In this document: positions 16,413 to 21,532 of the stretch, in pieces | Position numbering within the stretch: the first letter of the stretch is position 1 | Layout: every line of letters begins with the position of its first letter | Assembly (NCBI RefSeq): GCF_000341895.1 | Contig: NC_020409.1 | Location: 3,182,411-3,214,410 of the forward strand | Source of the DNA: Pseudodesulfovibrio piezophilus C1TLV30 | GTDB lineage: Bacteria > Desulfobacterota > Desulfovibrionia > Desulfovibrionales > Desulfovibrionaceae | Reading direction: 5' to 3' | DNA: 32,000 nt | The notes under the pieces: generated by a model | Told to the model about the DNA's origin: nothing | The model's database searches: none | Seen by the model: the letters and a program-made list of their open reading frames with translations, nothing else | Made by a program: the position numbers and the translations under genes

Positions 16413-16585
16413 TGATGGATACGGTCATTGCTCTTATCATTATTGGTGCGGCTGCTTGTTTTCTTTTTTTCAAAATGAAGGCCAAGTTTTCATCCAAGGG
16501 AGGATGCGGGTGCGGATGCGGGTGCGGTACGGAAAGTTGCTGCGATGGTGATGAGGAAAAACACTCGGTACCGCATGATGACTAA
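16412..16585 (+). CDS. Cys-rich single-TM miniprotein (FeoB-associated Cys-rich membrane protein type); too short for the ORF track
   Basis: 57 aa read by hand: MMDTVIALIIIGAAACFLFFKMKAKFSSKGGCGCGCGCGTESCCDGDEEKHSVPHDD. The ATG overlaps the TGA of the upstream gene (16410-16414). TAA lies at 16583-16585, in frame. The (GC)4 run is encoded by a 12-nt tandem GGATGCGGGTGC x2 at 16502-16525. Confidence 0.6.
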   Translation: MMDTVIALIIIGAAACFLFFKMKAKFSSKGGCGCGCGCGTESCCDGDEEKHSVPHDD

Positions 16586-16748
16586 GTTGAAAAGCGTGAT
16601 TTGAAAGGGCTTGGCTCTTTGTGACGGGCGCGGTATGGTCAATCACTGCTCTCTCATGTTCCCCTGTTGATTGATCCTTTTCGGGTTCTTTTGGGAGAAT
16701 TTGCATGAGAGCAGGCTCTCATGTAGTAATCCGCAACAGGAGGGAAGA

Positions 16749-17057
16749 ATGAACTTTGCTACAATTGCCGCGTTAAGAAAATATTTGTCGATTAAACACA
16801 GTTTGCCGGGCCGGATAAGGATCAAGTTCTCGCTTGCCATCATGTCTGATCCCGAGGCGCTCAAGCTTGCCCAGTCTCCGCCGGAGATGCCCGAAGCTGT
16901 TACGGATACGCAATTGAATTTGTTTTCTCGTACTTTATTGATTGAATATGACGCAGAGCGAGTGCCACCTGCCTTGCTTGAAGAACTGATCACAACAGAT
17001 GATGATGTGAGGGCAGCAGAAGTTGTCGAAGAATTACACCAAGCTCTCTTTGTCTAG
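16749..17057 (+). CDS. Small soluble HMA-like (Cys-less, GRIR-motif) protein
   Basis: 102 aa from ATG 16749, with SD CAGGAGGG upstream. The track start at 16671 is a TTG lying in the leader. The motif SLPGRIRIKF followed by ...TLLIEYD resembles the N-terminus of the ATPase at 18365 (SIPGRIRFES). There is no CxxC. Confidence 0.55.
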   Translation: MNFATIAALRKYLSIKHSLPGRIRIKFSLAIMSDPEALKLAQSPPEMPEAVTDTQLNLFSRTLLIEYDAERVPPALLEELITTDDDVRAAEVVEELHQALFV

Positions 17058-17083
17058 ATAATCTGGCAGAGATCCTTTTCCAG

Positions 17084-17109
17084 AAGCGCGGCGGATGCCG
17101 CGCTTTTTT
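17084..17109 (+). terminator. Rho-independent terminator
   Basis: AAGCGCGGC-ggat-GCCGCGCTT stem-loop followed by a T6 run (17104-17109). Confidence 0.8.
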
Positions 17110-17500
17110 CATACCTTTCCGGCTTGTTTCAAGTTGACTCTGATAATCGTTTTCAATAATGTCCTCTCGACCCGTATGGAATCGGAAGTGGCACTGTGTT
17201 CTTTTGTAAAGCGAGCCAAATGTCCGATTGGTGTCTTCACACAAAGAACAAAAAAGGTGTGCCGATGTCCCGAAAGTCAGAGAATACATTTGAAACCCTC
17301 CCCAGTCCTGTTGATCATCTTGTCAACGGTGTCCAAATCAAGCGAAACCCCAGAGACCGCAAGAAGTTCTTTCTGCGCTCCGGGTGTGTCCTTGTTTCCC
17401 TCTGCGGTTTGCTCGCGTGCAATTCGTTGGGCTTGAGTCTTGGGCGTGTTGTCTGCCACGGCCTCTTGATTGCTTCCCTGGGTGCCCCCTCTCGAAAGGT

Positions 17501-17537
17501 GAATTGATTTTATAACGGTTACCGTTAAAAATCATTC
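17501..17537. promoter_or_regulatory. 37-bp AT-rich palindrome (candidate Fur-family operator) ahead of the ATPase operon
   Basis: GAATTGATTTTA-TAACGGT-T-ACCGTTA-AAAATCATTC. The core 17513-17527 is a perfect 7-1-7 palindrome. The arms resemble Fur half-sites (AATCATT). It shares the 8-mer ATGAGAAT (reverse strand, 17532-17539) with the repeat at 10592. Confidence 0.45.
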
Positions 17538-17608
17538 TCATGGTTGTACCATCTTTCTACACTATGGTAGCAGTATTCATCCTGCAACGTGAAGGAGTCT
17601 TGAAGAAA

Positions 17609-17803
17609 ATGAATGAGTTGACGGAAAAATTACTATTGGTTGCTGCGGGGGCTGCAGTTGGGGCGCTCGGTTATATGGCCGTGAAACATCCTGATGAACT
17701 CAAGGAGTTCATGGGAGATGCGGCTGAGCTTGGGCAGAAATTTTTTGAGAAAACCATGGCTGACGTGGCCGATAAAATGGGTCATTCGAAGGACGCCGCT
17801 TAA
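17609..17803 (+). CDS. Small glycine-zipper membrane protein (FezA/FezC-like or YtxH-like candidate)
   Basis: 64 aa from ATG 17609, with GGAG at 17594-17597. The track start at 17540 adds an unlikely 23 aa. N-terminal helix LLLVAAGAAVGALGYMAV, then an amphipathic acidic helix (PDELKEFMGDAAELGQKFFEKTMADVADKM). Confidence 0.6.
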   Translation: MNELTEKLLLVAAGAAVGALGYMAVKHPDELKEFMGDAAELGQKFFEKTMADVADKMGHSKDAA

Positions 17804-17814
17804 AGGAAGAGACT

Positions 17815-18276
17815 ATGGCTATCAACAGAATCGCATATTTGATTGCCGGAGCTGCGCTTGGAGCTGCCGGTATGGCATTGGCCAAGGAAGGCAAAGGGGA
17901 AAACCTGCTGCAATCTCTGGTACAAGGGGGACATGGACTGACTGACAAGTTGCTTGGGACAGTGGAGACCATCAAGGAAGACGTGGAAGATTATCTGGCC
18001 GAGGCCAAGTTCGCGCATGAGCAGAAGGCGAAAGAGGCTGCGAAGCCCGCTGCAGCCGCTGCTGCCACGGCAACTGTAGCCACAACAGCTGCCAAGGCTG
18101 CCACAAAGAAGCCCACCGCAAAGAAATCGGCAGCGAAAAAAACTCCAGCCAAGAAAGCAGCACCCAAAAAGTCTGCGGCCAAGAAACCCGCTGCCAGGAA
18201 GCCTGCGGTGAAAAAGACGACGGCAAAAAAAAATAGTCCGAAGAAGACGGCGACCAAAGCTCCTACCGGCGAATAG
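17815..18276 (+). CDS. Glycine-zipper membrane protein with a histone-H1-like Lys/Ala/Pro-rich C-terminal tail
   Basis: 153 aa with SD AAGGAAGAG upstream. N-terminal helix IAYLIAGAALGAAGMALA, an amphipathic segment, then from about aa 71 a tail rich in KKP/AKK repeats (TKKPTAKKSAAKKTPAKKAAPKKSAAKKPAARKPAVKKTTAKKNSPKK). Confidence 0.7.
   Translation: MAINRIAYLIAGAALGAAGMALAKEGKGENLLQSLVQGGHGLTDKLLGTVETIKEDVEDYLAEAKFAHEQKAKEAAKPAAAAAATATVATTAAKAATKKPTAKKSAAKKTPAKKAAPKKSAAKKPAARKPAVKKTTAKKNSPKKTATKAPTGE
18025..18273 (+). repeat. Low-complexity coding repeat: (A/T/S/P)-A-K-K units forming the poly-basic tail
   Basis: Reiterated AAGAA(A/G)...GC(N) codon units. The antisense ORF 17991..18347 is its mirror artefact. 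Confidence 0.8.
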
Positions 18277-18364
18277 TTCGAATCCATTGGTTCTTTCGGT
18301 GCATGGCAGGCGTGGTTTTCTGCTTCACCGGCCCCATTAACAAGCATGAGATCATGGTTGGTGT

Positions 18365-20503
18365 ATGAATATTGTCCGTAGCATTCCCGGTCGCATCCGT
18401 TTTGAGTCGGAATCCGAGCAGGCAGTCCTGTATATACAGGAGTATCTTCAGAAAGTCGTAGGTGATGATCTTGGCGAGATAGAGTTCAGCTACAGTCAAC
18501 GGTCAGGTCGTGGACTGGCGCTGTTTTCCCCTTGCCCGAATCTGACTGCGAGGGTGCTGGAAGCCATGGGGGCCGCTATGGCCGAGCCTCCTGTTCCGGA
18601 ACTTCCTACCTGTCGAACCGCCGCTCCAGGCGATGAGATGGCATGTACATTGCCTGCGCTTGGATCAGCCTTATATGAAGCTGAAACTATTGAGAATCCT
18701 TTTTGGATTGTTGCCAAGAAAGTGCTCAATTTTTACATGACCCGGCTGTTCATGCCTGCGACGATTCGTCCTTACTGGACAGTCTTCAGCGTTTCACCTT
18801 TGATCTTCGAGGGAGTCCGATCTTTATTCCAGCGTCAATTGAACGTTGCCGTGCTTGATGCCGCAGCCATCGGGTCTGCCCTGGCCATGCGGGACTTCAA
18901 TACTGCGGGAACCATTCATTTGTTGCTCGACATCAGTGAAACCCTGGAAGACTGGACTCGAGAGAAGTCTCGAAGTGACCTCGCTTCCTTATTTCGGGGT
19001 GATGGCAAACCCGTCTGGGTTTTACGCAAGGGTGAAGAGGTCCAGACTCCGCAGGAGAACCTTGTTTCTGGAGATTTGGTTATTGTCCGTTCCGGGGCGC
19101 GTATTCCTGTGGATGGAGTTGTTGCCGATGGTACGGCCATGGTCAACCAGGCTTCCATGACGGGAGAGCCGTTGTCTGTGAAGCGTGGACCGGGCAAGGA
19201 AGTGTATGCCGGGACAGTCGTTGAGGAAGGCAAGATCATTATTCTCTCCGAAGGAGTTGGTGATGAAACCCGATTCGCCAAAATTGCTCAGGTTATTGCT
19301 GATTCCGAAAACATGAAGGCGGACATTCACGGCCAAGCTGTGAAGTTGGCCGACAAGATTGTTCCATATTCCTTTCTGCTTTCCGGGGTGATTTTCGCAG
19401 TGACCAGGAACTGGATGCAGGCCGCAGCCGTTCTTATGGCGGATTATTCCTGTGCCATAAAACTCGCGACACCTCTTGCCGTGCGTTCGGCCATGTTGGA
19501 GTCTGCCCACTGCGGAGCGTTGATCAAAGGGGGAAAATTTATTGAGCAATTGGCTCAGGTCGATGCCATTGTGCTGGACAAGACCGGCACCCTGACCAAG
19601 GCCTCTCCTGAGGTCGTGGATATCTGCCCGGTCAATGGCTACACCCGTGAATTTATCCTGCGCAATGCCGCCTGCATGGAGGAACATTTCCCCCATCCTG
19701 TGGCAGACGCGGTTGTCAGGAAAGCCGATGAAGAAGGTTTCAATCATGATGAAAAGCATGCAGAAGTTGAATATATTCTTGCCCATGGCATAGCGACGAC
19801 GCTGGATGGTCAACGCATGATTCTCGGCAGCAGGCACTTTGTCCACGAGGATGAGGGGATTGATTTGGACGAAGCTGAGGCTCAGATCTCTCGGTGTTCC
19901 GAGAGCGGATTGTCCACACTGTATATGGCTGTCGGTGGGAAGCTCGCCGGTGTCATTGCTCTGCAAGACCCGCTCAGGGAGTCGGCCTATCGGTTCATCA
20001 GGCGGCTGGAGAACATGGGCATGAAGCGGATCATCATGCTGACCGGTGATGGAGAAGCAACGGCCAGGAATGTTGCCGCTGAATTGGATATTCAGGAATA
20101 CTATGCGCAGGTTTTGCCGGACGAAAAGACTGATCTGGTGGATTCCCTGCGAGAGGAAGGGTATACTGTGGCCATGGTGGGTGACGGTATCAATGATTCT
20201 GCCGCACTAAGTCGAGCTGATGTGGGAGTCTCCATGAAGCATGGAGCCGATATTGCCCAGGAGGCGTGTGATGTGATGCTGACAAGCGAACGCCTGGACA
20301 GTCTCATGGATGCCATGTCCCTTTCGAAGATGGTCATGCGTCGGATTAAGCGGAATTATCGATTTATTGTCGGGAGCAATACTCTTTTCATCGGTCTCGG
20401 TGTGGCAGGGATCATTTCTCCGGCCATGCTTGCCTTTTTGCATAATTCAGGAACGGTTTTGACCTGCGCTCACAGTATGCGCCCCATGCTCCCTGAACAA
20501 TAA
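18365..20503 (+). CDS. P1B-type heavy-metal ATPase with an S-C-A membrane motif (P1B-6 / FezB-like) and an N-terminal Cys-less HMA-like domain
   Basis: 712 aa. TGE (SMTGEPLSV), DKTGT (19577-19591), MLTGDGEATA and VGDGINDSAAL. The membrane helix before the P-domain reads ADYSCAIKLATPLAV, with S-C-A at 19448-19456 in place of CPC. Only two hydrophobic helices precede the actuator domain. The N-terminus SIPGRIRFESE...GLALFSP is HMA-like without CxxC. Confidence 0.9.
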   Translation: MNIVRSIPGRIRFESESEQAVLYIQEYLQKVVGDDLGEIEFSYSQRSGRGLALFSPCPNLTARVLEAMGAAMAEPPVPELPTCRTAAPGDEMACTLPALGSALYEAETIENPFWIVAKKVLNFYMTRLFMPATIRPYWTVFSVSPLIFEGVRSLFQRQLNVAVLDAAAIGSALAMRDFNTAGTIHLLLDISETLEDWTREKSRSDLASLFRGDGKPVWVLRKGEEVQTPQENLVSGDLVIVRSGARIPVDGVVADGTAMVNQASMTGEPLSVKRGPGKEVYAGTVVEEGKIIILSEGVGDETRFAKIAQVIADSENMKADIHGQAVKLADKIVPYSFLLSGVIFAVTRNWMQAAAVLMADYSCAIKLATPLAVRSAMLESAHCGALIKGGKFIEQLAQVDAIVLDKTGTLTKASPEVVDICPVNGYTREFILRNAACMEEHFPHPVADAVVRKADEEGFNHDEKHAEVEYILAHGIATTLDGQRMILGSRHFVHEDEGIDLDEAEAQISRCSESGLSTLYMAVGGKLAGVIALQDPLRESAYRFIRRLENMGMKRIIMLTGDGEATARNVAAELDIQEYYAQVLPDEKTDLVDSLREEGYTVAMVGDGINDSAALSRADVGVSMKHGADIAQEACDVMLTSERLDSLMDAMSLSKMVMRRIKRNYRFIVGSNTLFIGLGVAGIISPAMLAFLHNSGTVLTCAHSMRPMLPEQ

Positions 20504-20716
20504 GCCACCCTCGAAATTCCATGTCGGAAGTCCTCTCTGAGAGGGATGCCTGACAGATGGTGATGACCTCGTTGCGTTCTTGCCACAAAAGATCCGATCC
20601 AGATGTGTTGAAAAACATGCTGGAGCGGATCTTTTTAATGCGCTCCTCAGAGCATCTCGAATGTCTGCCGGGTCGGATTCTTCTGTGGACCGTCTTCCTT
20701 TTTCAGAAATTCCCCT

Positions 20717-20749
20717 TTGGATTGTGTCGAAATTATAATATACTTTATC
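20717..20749 (+). promoter_or_regulatory. Candidate promoter with an overlapping Fur-box-like sequence ahead of the Gly-rich/CDF genes
   Basis: TTGGAT (20717-20722), a 16-nt spacer, then TATACT (20739-20744). AATTATAATATACTTTATC (20731-20749) matches 13/19 of the classical Fur box by hand alignment. Confidence 0.35.
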
Positions 20750-20891
20750 GGTATGGAATAATTGAACTTATGAGACTTGTTGGAGAATTGATGAAGGGTG
20801 GTTCTCGTTCTCATTTTTTGCAGGGAACGGCAAATCAGAGTAGGTTACAGGGGAGTGATAACACTGTGACAGATTATCAAGGAGTTGGGTC

Positions 20892-21503
20892 ATGAAGCAA
20901 TTTCTTCCAAAGAATCCGTTTGCGGCTGCTGGTGTGGGAGCACTGGTTGGCGCAGGAATAGCCGGGTACAAAATGTGGTCATTGTATAAGGGCGGTGAAG
21001 TTTCCAAGCAGGAAGCAGTCGCTGGTGTCGTCAAGCAGAGTCTCTTGTTTGGCGGCGTTGCAGCAGCGACGACCGTGGCTGGAGGGCAGGGCGGCGGCGG
21101 TATAGGTATTGCTGCCATGTCATTAGTCGGCATGGGGGGCCGAGGAGGAGGTGGCGGTGGAATGTTGCCAGGACTTTTCTCCGCTTCCCTTGGTGGAGGT
21201 CGAGGAGGCGGTGGAGGCATGGGCGGCTCGGGCGGCGGTGGTCGCGGTGGTATGGGGGGGAATGGAGGATCCGGTGCTGGCGGCGGAGGAAGTCGTGGGA
21301 ATCAAAGCACAGGAATTCTTGATTCAATATCCAACGCCGTGAGTGGTCTTTTGGTTTCCGATGAGCCGAGCGAACAGGCGCTTGAAGAGTCGGTGGATCG
21401 AGCCTTGGAAAAAGGAACCGTTTCGGCTACCGGTCTTGACGAAGAAGGGCTTGAAAGCGATGAGGATCGTGATGAGGAATCTTCAGAGGAAGAGAAAGCT
21501 TAG
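20892..21503 (+). CDS. Glycine-zipper membrane protein with a Gly/Arg-rich disordered region and an acidic C-terminal tail
   Basis: 203 aa. N-terminal helix PFAAAGVGALVGAGIAGY and a second hydrophobic stretch SLLFGGVAAATTVAG. Residues about 64-136 are roughly 70% Gly with RGG units (GGRGGGGGGM, GGGRGGGGGMGGSGGGGRGGMGGNGGSGAGGGGSRG). Residues 157-203 are Asp/Glu/Ser-rich (DEEGLESDEDRDEESSEEEKA). Confidence 0.65.
   Translation: MKQFLPKNPFAAAGVGALVGAGIAGYKMWSLYKGGEVSKQEAVAGVVKQSLLFGGVAAATTVAGGQGGGGIGIAAMSLVGMGGRGGGGGGMLPGLFSASLGGGRGGGGGMGGSGGGGRGGMGGNGGSGAGGGGSRGNQSTGILDSISNAVSGLLVSDEPSEQALEESVDRALEKGTVSATGLDEEGLESDEDRDEESSEEEKA
21081..21299 (+). repeat. Low-complexity (GGN)n coding repeat
   Basis: GGC/GGT/GGA/GGG runs. 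They produce the mirror-image poly-Pro ORF on the minus strand (20768..21220). Confidence 0.8.
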
Positions 21504-21532
21504 AAGAATCAGGCCTAACCGGAGAGACTGTC

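Noticed and set aside
17196-17507. Overlapping ORFs in the 17.1-17.6 kb gap: + 103 aa (17196..17507), + 113 aa (17095..17436), - 60 aa (17277..17459), - 99 aa (16990..17289)
   Set aside because: They mutually overlap, lack SD sequences, and have Cys/Arg-rich or low-complexity translations with no recognisable motifs. The minus-strand reading needs read-through of a TGA to reach a plausible size. I treat the region as regulatory or possibly a decayed gene.
17991-18347. 118-aa minus-strand ORF (FFAA/FLAA repeats) and the 84-aa ORF at 17972..18226
   Set aside because: These are mirror artefacts of the AAG/GCN Lys/Ala repeat of the + strand gene 17815..18276.
19022-19966. 314-aa minus-strand ORF inside the ATPase gene. 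Similar long antisense ORFs lie at 7985..8659 (feoB), 13333..13956 and 12820..13311 (ABC genes), 14581..15168, 22226..22876, 22615..23262 and 28664..29356.
   Set aside because: All lie antisense to genes with unambiguous domain motifs and give Arg/Gly/His-rich translations without motifs. These are typical shadow ORFs in moderately GC-rich DNA.
20622-20647. GGAGCG...CGCTCC hairpin downstream of the ATPase gene as a terminator
   Set aside because: The stem is only 6 bp with a 14-nt loop and no following T-run, so it does not support a terminator call.
20557-20895. 112-aa + strand ORF between the ATPase and the Gly-rich gene
   Set aside because: It has no SD, and its translation is dominated by Leu, Arg, Phe and Cys with no motifs. 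The region contains the AT-rich promoter and Fur-box-like sequence, so it is more likely non-coding.
20768-21220. 150-aa minus-strand ORF rich in proline (PPPPPRPPP...)
   Set aside because: It is the reverse-complement shadow of the (GGN)n glycine codons of the + strand gene 20892..21503. It has no SD or promoter context of its own.
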